Part shown: piece after piece, positions 1 to 11,390 of the stretch | Numbering within the stretch: position 1 is the stretch's first letter | Layout: each line of letters begins with the position of its first letter | From: Oculina patagonica | Lineage: Eukaryota | Length of the DNA: 64,000 bases | Assembly: GCF_052425735.1 (NCBI RefSeq) | Contig: NC_135763.1 | Location: forward strand, 17,502,298-17,566,297 | Reading direction: 5' to 3' | The notes under the pieces: generated by a model | What the model saw: only the letters and a program-made list of their open reading frames with translations | Databases searched by the model: none | Told to the model about the DNA's origin: nothing | Program-made: the position numbers and the translations under genes

Positions 1-559
1 CATTTTCTTTGAACCTAAAAGAGCCAGCATGGTTGTGTAGCTTCCCGTAATCGTTTAATGATGTTTTTTTTTTTTTTTAAAAAAGCATTACAATGCAGCT
101 TTGGTTTTCGACGAAACAACTACAAAGATTGCAATGGCAATATTTTTTTTTATTTTTTTCAACTTTTAATAAGGGTCGTACAACTTTTTGTCACACTTAC
201 TGCATACTTACTCTCGATAAGTTGAATATTTTTTGTCAAGGTGATATTTTCCGTGCAATCACTTTTTTATTATGGTAGGTTAATTGTTATCCCCGTTATC
301 GTAAAGTCAAACATTAAGTGGGCAGACTTACTCAAGCAAAGATTTATAACAAGCACAAAGAGTTAAAAATATATATATATATGAAAATGGCTGTCTGAAA
401 GACTCCTTCTTTCAGTTCCAGCAAACTATATTTTTATTGGATAAAATCAAACATATTCAGTTAACGTCGTACCATTCCATCTGAGCAGCAACACTACCTG
501 CATAAAAACAAGAAATATTGTTAATATTGTTAGGAGAAGCCACGAGCCAAGCGGCCCAC

Positions 560-680
560 ACTGCCGGAGCTTACCCCGGTTTCCGTAGCATTAAGCGGCT
601 AGGAATATTTCTACTCCCCTTGAATGGGATGCTAGTCCATTGCGGGGTTCCCGCAATGGACTTGTGTGGTAAATAATAAA
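560..680 (+). repeat. Repeat family Y, truncated copy.
   Basis: ccggagcttaccccggtttccgtagcattaagcggctaggaatatttctactccccttgaatgggatgctagtccattgcggggttcccgc aligns with the family Y consensus. Confidence 0.4.
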
Positions 681-734
681 GATGGTAAGTGTTTTTAAGC
701 TCGGTGATAAATAATGAAGATGTATTTTTCAACA

Positions 735-870
735 ATGATACGAGCATGGGACAAAGAAAAATTCTGAGTCCCCGACAGGAATCAGATCAGCAATATTGAA
801 ATCATCAAGTGTGTAGCTCGATTCCCGTCGAGACTCATAATTTTTCTTTGTCCCATGCTCGTCTCATTGT
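735..870. mobile_element. Roughly 136-bp MITE with TIRs acgagcatgggacaaagaaaaat..tgagtccccgacagg / cccgtcgagactcat..ttttctttgtcccatgctcgt. A related fragment lies at 50395..50470.
   Basis: Inverted ends within 735..870. The same terminal sequence (gtcacgagcgtgggacaaagaaatgagtcagtccccgacatgg) recurs at 50400..50445, next to a tRNA T-arm-like ggttcgaaccc. Confidence 0.45.
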
Positions 871-1058
871 TTAAAAATTCATCTTCATTTTTTATCACCG
901 GGCTTAAAAAAAATACCATCTTTATTATTTACTACAAATTTATTTCAGTTTCTACTTTTTTGTCAACTTCAAAATATCGATTTTTTAATAAATTTAAAAA
1001 GGGTCTTCACTTATTCTTCATTCCTTTACTTACCTTTCTAGAATAACAGAAAAACAAA

Positions 1059-1168
1059 TTAATAAAACATGATGCCCTTTTTATCTTCTGACTGAGGAAA
1101 TGGATCAAAGCCAGCCCCAGTAAAGCAGCCAACCAAAAAGACCAACATCTGAATGAAGACGAAAACCT
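1059..1168 (-). CDS. Gene A terminal exon, with a hydrophobic segment and stop TAA at 1061..1059.
   Basis: Acceptor tttttttttattttcag|AG GTT TTC... It encodes (E)VFVFIQMLVFLVGCFTGAGFDPFPQSEDKKGIMFY*. The roughly 20-aa hydrophobic stretch is consistent with a C-terminal transmembrane helix or anchor. It is homologous to the gene B exon (..FELLQLLTAGSGF..). An ATTAAA-type poly(A) signal lies about 70 nt downstream on the minus strand (near 985..990). Confidence 0.5.
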
Positions 1169-1346
1169 CTGAAAATAAAAAAAAAAGTTAGATCGCATGA
1201 TTTATTTATTGGCTTTAAATATTCTCAAGTCATAAAAGTGAAGGTGTCTGCAATTTTGAAGGCCATTTATACATAAAATACAAAATACGCTGTGGGTTGT
1301 CATCTGTTTTAACTTTTGAAAACGCGAACAGTTTTTTAACTCTTAC

Positions 1347-1422
1347 CAGTCATTTTATCTTCGGGAATGGCCAGCTCTTGGGAAGGCATAATATTGTGAT
1401 CAGTAAGAATCACCTCATTCTT
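1347..1422 (-). CDS. Gene A exon (76 nt, phase 0 in, phase 1 out).
   Basis: The acceptor is (T)14cag|AAG AAT GAG and the donor is ACT G|gtaaga. It encodes KNEVILTDHNIMPSQELAIPEDKMT(G). The size and phase are identical to gene B exon 36689..36764, but sequence similarity is weak. Confidence 0.5.
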
Positions 1423-2062
1423 CTGAAAAAAAAAAAAAAATCAAAAAGTTCATGTCATCGTTACCGTTCGTGCACATTGTTACTTTTTTATTATTTTATT
1501 CTCAATTTGCCTTGCTCCTTTGCTTTCTTGTCCTTGTCTACATATCAAAGTGTCCTATAACAAGTCAAAATTTTAGATTTCATTGGTTTACTGGCTTGAG
1601 CTAATAAGAAATTTGCTTCATAAAACCCAAAAGTCCCTGCCAAAAACTGGTGTTTACTTGGGATTAATTCCTTTCAATTCTGATCAAATTTACACGCAAA
1701 CCAGCGCAGGTTCTTCACCGCTTGGCCACCTAACGTAAGTCTTGTTATCTACTTTACGTATTGAAACGCGGCGCGCGAGTTCGTTTAGCCGCAAGGCTGA
1801 CACAGCTTTTAAGTCTGTATGCGAGTTGAACTTGCGACTACTTGCGCCTTCGTTTGACCAGGCCCCAGTTGTTCAAAGTGTGGAAATCTCTATCCACCGG
1901 ATAAATCGCTGTCCAGTAGATAAGTGCTGACAAAAAATACTGCGCTATCAACTGGATAGTGATGTATCCGGTGGATAGCGTTATTCAACCTTTGAAAAAC
2001 TGGGGCCAGGCTTTAAGTAATTTAAATTCTATTTTTTCTTTTTTTTCTAATATTTAAACTAC

Positions 2063-2233
2063 CTGTTCAAAGAATACCACAACTTCAGAATTGGCGGAGT
2101 CATTTGAATGCGAGGCTTTTATTCCACAGAAAAACAACTTCTTCGTTTCGTCCACATGAGCTATCTCAAAAACGCAGCTGGGAAAGTCAGTAGAATTTTC
2201 AGGCGAATTCCACGCGTCCTTTGCTTTAATCGT
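2063..2233 (-). CDS. Gene A exon (57 codons, phase 0/0).
   Basis: Acceptor tttcag|ACG ATT AAA, donor GAA CAG|gtagtt. It encodes TIKAKDAWNSPENSTDFPSCVFEIAHVDETKKLFFCGIKASHSNDSANSEVVVFFEQ. The gene B exon TIKAKDAWNSPENSTDFSRCDFLISHVDKTKQRFFCGITVSHGMDSANTEIVALFEQ is 171 nt in both genes. Confidence 0.7.
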
Positions 2234-2977
2234 CTGAAATAAAATAAAAAGATAGTTCGACTACATCCAGGGCCAATAAATTGTCATTTCCCCGCCCCCT
2301 GCCTTCTTTTTTCAAACTCATGCACTCAAGTTGGGTCAAGACGGCCTTGAAAAGAATGTTGAGATGTTAGCAGTTTGCTATTGTTAGCAGCATGGCTGAA
2401 TATGATGATATTTTTCTTTTTCTCAAAGCAAACAGTTAAACTCTGGCCGCATATTTTTTCAAGTAAAAGAATGCTATCTACTTGTACTTACTTTTCAAAA
2501 AATGAATATCATATTTATGGTTGCCTGCTTAATTATTTATGTAAAAAAAAGGAGTCAAATTTGATAAAATAAAGCAACAGTCCATGACACGGGGTCCCTA
2601 ATGGCGTTTTCTGTCAGGAATTTATTCTATTCTAGTGTCAAACACGTATAATTCTCTTCACATTCTGATTTAAGCTTGTTCAGCAAAATCTCTCGAGGTT
2701 AATAATTTGTGTCGCCTGGAATCGAATCTAAGATTTTTTTTTTGCATTATTGACTGGCGGAGCTTTGCAAAACTTTCCAATAAGAACCTGGACTTCGAAC
2801 TCATATCGCGTGCGCGAGTGACAGCCGCACAGTGACTGAGAATGGAGCTGGTCACAACGAATTTAGTACCTCGGTAATTGTACAGCAACTAAGCCCTTTT
2901 TCTCACGGAGAAAAAAATATCAAAATCGTTTGAACAGCTCTTAAATATCTTTTTGTAAACTGCCAAGGGGGTCCTAC

Positions 2978-3121
2978 CTTGACCTTGCTGCCTTTTATCT
3001 GCCATCCTTTATCCAACGGGCCCATATCAATCTTGATATCTTCATCGCTGTTAGCAACAAACAATGCGGCGGGAGTTGTTAACAGACGGCGGCCATTACT
3101 TTCTTCTCTATCGCACAGGTG
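2978..3121 (-). CDS. Gene A exon (48 codons, phase 0/0).
   Basis: Acceptor gccatcag|CAC CTG..., donor GTC AAG|gtaggacc. It encodes HLCDREESNGRRLLTTPAALFVANSDEDIKIDMGPLDKGWQIKGSKVK. This matches the gene B exon QVCQKEEEMGNRRLTALAGLFVSNSDEDIRIEFTALEPGWQIKGNKVK, with identical length and phase. Confidence 0.7.
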
Positions 3122-5660
3122 CTGATGGCAAAAAAACATAATTATATGCATATAAAAACTCCTGTTGCCCTGATTAACTATTCAACAAGTGGTCACGAGG
3201 CTCTAAATTGTCAAGTTTTGATCTTGTTGTTTTTATTCGCACATAACAGACATGTACCACATTCCTAAAACCACCAATCATGGAAACACTTGTCTTGCCC
3301 TCCAGAATTACCCGACCTTCAAAGCTGTGACCCTCCAACCAGGGTTACCCTGCGACCTCACCATACCAGACCCCCACCCCCTCCCCCCCCCCTCAAAAAA
3401 AAAAGAAAAAAGAAAAAAACAACTCCTCACTCCCAACCCTCTCTCGAGCCAATTATGTGAATGGTCATGTAAACGTATAAGATCAAAGTCTCTTCGAGAT
3501 ATCGACTTTTTTTGCATGAAGTATGAGTCGAAGGTTTATCCTGTGCATTGATATTCGAACTTATCATTACAGTTGCTTTGTAGTTTAGTTTAACAATTTC
3601 CTATCTTCGCGGAGGAAATGCAGCCATATAATTTTGTCAAAAATGGCTCGTCCGCGCCGGGTATTAATACACATATTCCTCAACATTACACAAATAAACA
3701 GTGCAAATTTCACTGAGATCTGACAATTCTATACTTAAAAATTGCAAGGACCTTTCGAGGTAGTCGATTACGGCAGCGAAATTACGCAAATGAAACAGCA
3801 GAATATGCGTTCGACGCTTTGTTTTTGCGCCGCGACGCCATATTTGAATTGTTATAGGTAGACCGCTGTTCAATGTGTTCAAGGCCGTATCGTTACGATT
3901 GCTCCACGAATAAATGGCACGCGATGCATGCAGAAGCGATGGCGTTTCACAAGGGGTCTTACATAATTTTGAGGAAAACTTAAAGTAAATAATAGTAGCT
4001 GACACCTTGTGTGTCGAAAAGACTGTTATCCAACTGCAGCTTACATTTAGGTGTGTATGGAAGTGAGCATAAGAAGCAATGTTAGGATCTGATGGAATTC
4101 AAATAATTGCAGTTGTTATGAATTCACAGACCAAGGATGCAAATAATACATTTTCTTCGTAGATTTGCTCAATTCAACAACAGTAATACTTTATTTTTTT
4201 TTTTATTTTTTTTATTTTTTTAGATTTCCCTATGTTGTCTCAACAAAGATTGCGTTATACTGTAGTGTGATATCACGGATAAACGACATACGATACGCGC
4301 GAGCAAGCTTTTAAGGTCAAACGGTCTCTTGCTCACAGCGGCCCTTTGTATTTTAAGAATTGGAAATTTCTGTCTACTCAATCTAATAGATTCCATCATA
4401 TATAATAAGTCTCTTTCGTTCATACTTTGTAGTGTTCCATTCTAACTGCACAGGAGTATTATGCTTTTGTATTATGCGATTTCTTGTTAAGTTAAACTTG
4501 ATTTCTGTTCGATCAAGCAAAACAGACAAAAAGAACCGATCGTGCCATGGCATAAAGCGATGTCACGCCATCGCTTAAAAACACGAAAAAATACGGATAT
4601 TTCCGACTACTGTCGGAGAAAACATTGCGGCGTAATCAAATCGATACACTCATGCTGCGTTTTGTCTGGGCTCTGCGAGGGTCGGATATCAAGACAGCTT
4701 CTTCGTGGGCTTAAGAAGGATTAAAAAAGCCATATATACAGTGAATGCTTTCGAGTTATATTTGAAGATGAAATACGAAAGAATTTTGCTGTCTTTGACT
4801 GAAATTCCACTCGAACTGCGTAGATACGATCGCATGTTGTAAAGCCGATTCATGCAACATTGCTGTCAACGCGAGACCACATCGACCCGGATTGCAAAGC
4901 GCTAATCATTAACATTGCAAAATGGCGCTTGTAGCAATCAAATTTGGCCTAATTTTTAACTGCTCCTGAGCTAAAAGAAGCCCCCATCTCTTGCATTTGT
5001 TTTAACTTCAATAATATCTTTGAAAAGAGCGAGGTTTTTGGTATGGTTTATTTTTGACGTTTGTAATTTTTAAACGATGTAAGTGCTAGCGATTATTTAT
5101 TCGTGTTTTAGCGTTAGTTACGCAATCCATTGTTAGTGCGACGCTTTTTATAGATCGCCTTTCAGACACACGTGCAATGAGATGAGAAAGCTGACATGTC
5201 ACTTTTAAAATTGTTTTATAATGTTTGTAAATGTGACAAGTCACGTTTTTTCTACGAGATCGCAAGTGATCACCCACAGCGGAAAGTAATCCCTTGAGAA
5301 ATTAAAATATTCCCTTGAGAAATTAGAACAGTCCCTTGAGAGTTATCAAGAATGTGGTTCGAGATTGCCCAACTTAACCGCTATTCTCCTTCCTTTTGCT
5401 TGTAAACAAGTAAAAAAGTCGAAAAAATGTATGAAAGCTGTCTAGCCCGGGGTGGCTCGGTATGGAGGGTGACTATCCTACCATGCATCTTTTCTTCCTT
5501 CAAACAGTACCTTAGTAGGGCGTGATTTTCCGCAGGATTTCGCAGGCAAATGGTTCAAAGTTTTTTTTTTTTTTCATTTTCAGAGTACGAGTTTTATTTC
5601 CTCTTTGGGTTATAGGGTTTAATTGTCTAGCTTAATAATCGTTAACATGTTTTATTATAC

Positions 5661-6028
5661 CTTAAAAGCCATCATTGTGTCATCAAAAAGAGTCACGAAG
5701 ATGGTCCAGTCTTTTCCGTTCGTTGCTTTACCACCAAATATTCCGATTTGCATTCTTTTCTTGTCCGTTATTTCTGGAATTCCGAATAGTGCAACTTCAT
5801 GATATTCCTTTGGCGAGGGAATAGTAAGTCCTATATAATTATGTTGTATTTTTACTGTAGCATCCGGGTAATAATCCCAAACGTCAATCCAACGTGTCTT
5901 AGAATCTTTATATCCCCGAGGTCTGCATTTCAATTCCAGATTCCACTTATTTCCGCGTACTTGTAAAGCACAGTGTTCAATCTTGAACACTTGATCGCCA
6001 TTGTTTTGTGGATCACTTCCATACACAC
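5661..6028 (-). CDS. Gene A, large N-terminal domain exon (122 codons plus 2 nt; phase 1 in, phase 0 out).
   Basis: The acceptor is tcatttgttctttactag|GT GTG TAT GGA... and the donor is TTT AAG|gtataat. It encodes (G)VYGSDPQNNGDQVFKIEHCALQVRGNKWNLELKCRPRGYKDSKTRWIDVWDYYPDATVKIQHNYIGLTIPSPKEYHEVALFGIPEITDKKRMQIGIFGGKATNGKDWTIFVTLFDDTMMAFK. This is clearly homologous to gene B exon 38489..38925 (IEHCxL..GN.W...KC...YPDA.V...N.I..T.....E..EVA.FGIP...D.KRMQ..IFG.K...GNDW.I.V.L.DDT..A.K). The track ORF 5655..6026 opens with an alternative (GTG) start codon and runs one codon into the intron. Confidence 0.65.
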
Positions 6029-6323
6029 CTAGTAAAGAACAAATGACAATTTAATTTGTTAGATATAATTTGTTAAATATGAATAACAAAACGACTTTTA
6101 ACGATACAAACAAAGAGAACGATACAAACGCAGAGAAGCACATCCACAAAAAAAGATTTACAGCTAAGGAAAGTCTTTACTTGTCATTGATGATGACGTC
6201 AAATCGCATTGCTTTGCAAGCAAATCTCCTATCAGGAATTTATAAATGTTGACGTCGCACTGTAAGCTTAAGGTCAATTGAGGGTACTATGTTTACATTC
6301 AAGGCATATAAAAAGATACACAC

Positions 6324-6486
6324 CGCTAATCAATTTCAGCTTGCATTCGCATGAGCTAGATAGTTTCCTGTTTTTGACGTTTTCCTGAGGTTCTGGAACT
6401 AGAAAAAAGTAGATGTAGACGCTGAGAATCCAAGAAGCATATACAACAAATAATAGATATGTTCGTTCATCTTTGGAGATAGGCAT
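6324..6486 (-). CDS. Gene A, putative first coding exon. ATG at 6486..6484; candidate donor AGCG|GTGTGT at 6324.
   Basis: The minus-strand reading gives MPISKDERTYLLFVVYASWILSVYIYFFLVPEPQENVKNRKLSSSCECKLKLIS-G. A 21-residue hydrophobic stretch after a short charged N-terminus resembles a signal peptide or signal anchor. The exon ends in phase 1, matching the phase needed by the next exon. Weak: the donor is non-canonical (GTGTGT), and an alternative ATG (MSTFST...) lies 18 nt upstream. Confidence 0.3.
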
Positions 6487-7413
6487 GGTACTGAAAGTAG
6501 ACATAGATTTTGGACAGCTGTCGTGACTGGTTATAAAAAAACAAATATTTCGGTGAAAAACCACTTTTTGCCCCAATCCTTCTCTTAAGAAATGATTTGG
6601 CAAGAAGGTAAAAGGAGGAATCTGTCTTTTAAAAATGCCCGACACTCCGTTGGCCTTTTTTTCAGCTATTTGGTATTCTTTTGTGTTTGAGCTAATCTGC
6701 TCTCTAAGCTTCGTTAGCATGTGCAAACTAACAAAAAAAAAATGAACCTGGAGCGAGGCTGGAGGACAGATTGGCACGAAAACTAAAGAATAACAAATTG
6801 CTGAAAAAAGTCCATTGAAAATTTAAATGTGCCCGCATGTGAAGTTTTTCTTCTCATACTCATAACTGAATACTTCACAAGGAAAATCTTGATTAACAAA
6901 CATTATTACGAATTTATTTCCTCAGGTTCTCCTTGGCTTAGCGTCTGACTGGATTGTTTAAATTATAGTACAGTTGACACGGTATTTCATGAATTTTTCC
7001 AAAAGCCTTTAAGCTGATTTCCAGTCCGTACTGCGCAGACTCGGGGTTTTACGGGGTTTTACGTTTTTGTTTTGAATTCGTTGAAACGTTACACTTCGGT
7101 GACAGCATACATGACGTTTTTTAGCCCGCCATTACAGTTCGTTTCGTTCAAGAATTTCCGATGAGCTGAAACGTCGGTTTGAAATAGCGTCAAGGTTCTT
7201 CTACTCGTTATTATTTGTTCTGCAAGGATATCTGGCGTTAATAATGAAGAAAAAGGTAAGTTTGTCGCGGAATTTTTAGTTTTGCTTGTAAACATTCCCT
7301 TCGTGGTGGGCTCACATAAACATTGCAGCCGAGATTGCGCAGTACGGACTGGAATTCATCTTTAAAGGTTGTCAAAAATACTTCACTTGCTATTTTCAAC
7401 TCTTTCTCGATGC

Positions 7414-7444
<31 letters not shown>

Positions 7445-8463
7445 GATGTGCTTGAGAAAAATTGCTTAAATTATTTCGACACATTTAATTGAATGCCAAG
7501 GACGTATATATACGTCCTGAAATATGAGCCTCAGCAACCAAGGACGTATATATAGGTCCTCTGCTAGGCCTTGTTTTAGTTTTCTCGGTCGCCCGAGCAT
7601 TTTTTCGTGGCTGTTTCAAAGGACTTGGGAAGCATTTTAGAATCCGCTGACCAAAGAATTTTGCATTGTTGGCACAATATCGGCACAGCATGTGGCAAAT
7701 CCAACATGGCGGTAAGATCACGTCGGATGAAAACTACAGAAGTTTAAGCCGAAGTTTACGCAGATTGAGCCTCCGATCTTAGTGACGAAAGATAAAGAGA
7801 AAGTGATGATGCTTCAGAGTGCAATGGAGGTAGTTCAGGCTCAGAGGGCGACAATAAAAGGGGAGAAAAATTCGAGGTATCGATCAACATCAGTGTTTCG
7901 TTGTAAATACAAACATTTATTACAGAAAACATTTGTAACTGCCTAGCGAATTCATATAAATACATGCTGTAGTGCCTTTTTTAGTCCACGAATGAAAACA
8001 TTTTTTTGTGTGAAAAATCCAATATGGCGGCCGGTCACAGGGCCTGTACCTGGGTTGGCATTCAAAGGTTAAGAGAATCAAACAATTTGACTTAATCCAA
8101 AGAGGTAGCCTAAATCGTATTTTGAGCAGCAGTTCATCACATTACGACCCACAAATGAAAACTATTGGGTAACTGCTTTTAAAAATGGACGAGTACAAAT
8201 CCCAGACAAATTAATGTAAAGATGAGTGACAATATACTTACTCTCCTGCTTCAAGCACAAGACATGCTTAACCAATTGGGCTAAAAAAAAAAACAAGTTA
8301 ATATAGATTACTTCATAGAAAATGCAACGTACGGATTTTTATTCACGAGTTGCAAAACTTTGGAAAATGAAGGTGACGGACCTTGACGCTGTGCAAGAAA
8401 ACAAAGCTGCAAAATACACATTGCCTTACAAGCGATTGTATGTGTCCATGATATTTGACAAAA

Positions 8464-8885
8464 TTACAAGCAGATCTGGCCAAAATTCCTCATTTTTAAC
8501 ATTTTTCCAGTTTTTGAAACAAAATTGCACGATTTCTTTAGTTTAGCTAGCATTGTACTAGCATTTTGGCTTGATTTTGCATCAATTTCCGTTAATTTCT
8601 GACTTACTAAGAAAATGGTGAAATCCAAAGATGGCGAAGATAGCGGCTCTATTGACGTCACAGCCAACAAATAATATGTCATTTTGTTGAGTAAGCACTT
8701 TCTATTCAGTGCAACATAATTTCGCTCCGCCTTAATAGAACGAAAAACCTGGGAAGGGGCTACATCCCCCCCCCCCCCCACACACACACACACACACACA
8801 CACACCTTGTACCCCGGCGGGTTGATAAATTTGCCTGTACGTCTGTGGGATAATATAGATGTAAATTCAACATTTGTGCATCGCC
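8464..8885 (+). repeat. Interspersed repeat family X (about 420 bp, SINE- or MITE-like), copy 1. Conserved head aagcag(a/g)tctggc, core tgacgtcacagccaa, internal poly-C tract (here C15 plus (AC)12 at 8766..8804), tail tgtacg.c.g.gg.t.aata.
   Basis: It aligns over its whole length with 15705..16110 and 22985..23400 (same orientation). The 156-aa track ORF 8464..8934 (minus) lies entirely in this repeat and is spurious. Confidence 0.6.
8766..8804. repeat. C15 homopolymer followed by (AC)12 microsatellite, inside repeat family X copy 1.
   Basis: Direct reading. Confidence 0.9.
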
Positions 8886-9391
8886 AGACCTTTTTCCTAT
8901 CGTGTCTGTACATAGTTTGTTCAAAACGCAACATTTTGGTTTGCCTACTGCATCAGAAAAATTACGAGATTACATTTTTCATAAAGGTAACTAGATAATA
9001 AAGATTTGCTCAACGTTTTCGTTTAGTTTTCAACACATTCAAGCTACAAATTAAAACTGTACAAAATAATTTCGTGAAATGGTCTAAATATATATACCTT
9101 TTACCTCTCTAAGTTTATCCTCGATGTTGCCTTAGGCAGGGGTCGCACTAACGGGTTCGATGTTTATGTTGGACACAAATTCTGTCATCGTATGCTCGCG
9201 AAGAAGTCGATGCATGTGCTGCCTCAAAGTCTTATCTCGGGTCTTATCTTGACAAATGGCCTAAAAATATATTTTTTATTTTTCTGTCGTCGCAACGTCG
9301 CTCAAATCTGGAATACCTTAAAGATGCCTCATGTGCACAGCTCCTGGGTAAAAATTGACAAGCGCTTTTAAAATTCTTCAACATGGCCCCT

Positions 9392-9546
9392 TCAATCCGC
9401 ACGAATTCTCACAAGCTTTTCAGTACTCTCAGTATGGGCATGCCTTGTTCCCTTGTTACATTGGAAATGGTCACGGATTTCTTTTCGCCATAACACACAA
9501 CCTTCACAACCAGCTTCGTCCTTTTGTGAACTAGAGCAGCTAACCC
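9392..9546 (-). CDS. Putative terminal exon of the HEPN gene (phase-1 continuation, ends in TGA at 9394..9392).
   Basis: The acceptor ttcttgtggaacag| at 9547..9549 (minus sense) gives an open frame in the phase required by the upstream donor: G|GG GTT AGC ... = GVSCSSSQKDEAGCEGCVLWRKEIRDHFQCNKGTRHAHTESTEKLVRIRAD*. The Cys/His spacing C-x2-C...H-x2-C...H-x-H looks like a small zinc-binding motif. No homology check was possible. Confidence 0.3.
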
Positions 9547-9895
9547 CTGTTCCACAAGAAGCCTCCTTGAGAGACCAGCGCCAAGAAGTCCGCCCAAAGA
9601 GACCGATGGAACTTTGATGACGAGTACACGAATACTTTTTTATTGCAGCTTTCTTTCGCGCGCGAAATTTAAATAATTAACAGACTGGTATCGTATACCA
9701 CTACGTGCGCATAGGTACGACCCCTTTGACTCCCGAAGCGTAAATGCCATGCATATTAAAATTTATGGCGCCACAGAAGCATATGCCTTTTTCGACCTTC
9801 AATTGATGCAACTTTGATTACACCCGCCCATTGTGGAGTCAATGATAATAATCGTAGTTGCCTGTTTTGCCACATTTCGGCTAAATCCAACATAC

Positions 9896-10549
9896 CTTCA
9901 ATCTCTTCTTGTTTGTCTTTGATGCTGTCTTCACCTTTCTTCCATTGCTTTAGCAGCTCTCTGTAGTGTTCCTCCAAGTCTGGATCCATGCACTCATTCT
10001 TGAGCTTATTGATAGCAGCTCCATAACTCGCTCCTCCCAGTGCTATCAGCGCGTTACTGATATCCTGCCAGTAGGTGTTAAATGTTTCATCGTCAACAGA
10101 AGCTTCACTGGCATGGCCGTATACAGTATTACGGTAGTACTTCACCCTGGCTATGTTGGCTTCTTTACTTGTGTCAGAAAGAGGCGGAAGACTGTCCCAG
10201 CCAGAGATGGGAGCGTGTAAACCACAGATATTCCTCAGCAATACTATCAAGAGCGTTGTATCGAAGCTCGCTGATGACACAGATGAAGGAGTGGCAGGGT
10301 ACAACTTTCCCCATTGGGTAGGGTTGAGAATTTTCTTCTTCCTAAGGGACTGTAGTGTTTTATGTGCTGGATTACTTGCCAAAACAAGATTTAGTCCTTC
10401 TGGAGGATGTATGCTATTAAAGGTGTCCCTCAAGGCCTGAGATCCTTTATCCACCAGAAGACGGGACAACCGCGCATAGTTGGTCGTTTCCTTGGTGGAT
10501 GCAACTGGTTGTGGAGCAGCTGGAGCCATGGGCTGGTGACCAAGGGAAC
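9896..10549 (-). CDS. DZIP3-type HEPN-domain protein, first coding exon. ATG at 10529..10527; a 5'UTR acceptor (ccctttttag|) lies about 20 nt upstream at 10549. The exon ends at a GAAG|GTATGT donor at 9896/9895.
   Basis: The 257-aa track ORF (9756..10529, minus) begins [37 protein letters not shown]... It contains ...[17 protein letters not shown]...[43 protein letters not shown]. That is a conserved Arg...His (Rx4-6H, here RNTVYGH) HEPN-type motif in a context typical of the DZIP3/hRUL138-like HEPN family, which is expanded in cnidarians and other invertebrates. There is a strong in-frame donor (AAG|GTATGT) at 9896, so the ORF tail beyond it ([10 protein letters not shown]...) is probably intron read-through. 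Confidence 0.6.
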
Positions 10550-10689
10550 CTAAAAAGGGTTTTTATGTTAGTACACAAATTGTATATATATTATATATTG
10601 GTTTTTCTTAATAGTGTTGTGATTTTCGTTGCCTACGCTGTGTAGGTGATGAAAACCAGGCCGAATTAATTTGGCATCAGTTTGCTTAG

Positions 10690-11390
10690 TGATGACGTCA
10701 TACACCTTTCCATACAGCCGCTTTCGTCGGCATGTTCCTTGTATTTGACTTGACACGACATTACTGACTCGAAGGGACTTTCGTTTTGCATGAAATTTGA
10801 AACAACTTAACTTACGGCCGTATGCAAAATTATCATTAATACTTCACAGCGAAAAATCATAATAACCATCACGGTATTTAAAAGTTCTTGATTGGCTTAG
10901 ATCTTTTAAGAACATGGACAAAAATCGTCAAAACGATTCTATTTTTCCATGTTCTCCTAAGCAAAGCTTTCGTTTGGATTGTTTAAATTAAATACCCCAC
11001 TTTAATTTAAATACCCCTCTTAAAACTTTTAACTCTCTTCTCGGTGTTAGGAAAAGTATGCAGAAAAACTGCTGCTGGTGATTGACAAATTGCTTGAATT
11101 TCTCGGATGCATTAGGAGAGAATCAAAATTCTGCCTCAATCCAAAATGATAACAGAAATCGTATTTTGAGCCGCAGTTCATCACATGGTGACACACAGAG
11201 GAACCATCTTGGGTAACTGCTAGATGGGCGTGTACAAATAAATGTAACGATTAATGACGTGATACTTACTGTCCTGCACTAATGTCTTTAATTCCTCGGC
11301 TGAAAATTGAAAATCCTGCACTAAAATGGAACAAAAAAGTGATTATTTATTTTAATATCAAGTTGATATTTTAGCCTCTAGCCACTTAAA
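10690..11390. repeat. Segment of a degenerate tandem/segmental array (period about 3.0-3.4 kb). 10690..11390 is about 85-90% identical to 14040..14740.
   Basis: Long collinear alignment (tacacctttccatacagccgctttcgtcgg... vs tacaccttttcgtacagccgcttttatcaac... through ...ttgaaaatcc.gcactaa.atggaacaaaaaagtg). Further shared blocks: 8050..8240 ~ 11120..11290 ~ 14460..14620; 12205..12450 ~ 15235..15500; 16670..16770 restarts the unit. Confidence 0.6.

Noticed and set aside
3252-3551. 99-aa track ORF and its antisense 3308..3517
   Set aside because: They cover a poly-C/poly-A low-complexity block (PLPPPSKKKEKRKK). They overlap in antisense and lack splice signals.
8464-8934. 156-aa track ORF (minus)
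   Set aside because: It lies entirely within interspersed repeat family X. It translates a C15+(AC)12 tract as VCVCVCVCVGGGG and starts with a non-ATG codon.
11260-11290. U1 snRNA-like 5' end (atacttactgtcctgc; copies at 8235, 12240, 14575, 15280)
   Set aside because: It does not match the U1 consensus (ATACTTACCTGGCAGG) beyond 8 nt. It is better explained as a conserved segment of the 3.3-kb tandem unit. On the minus strand some copies resemble splice donors.
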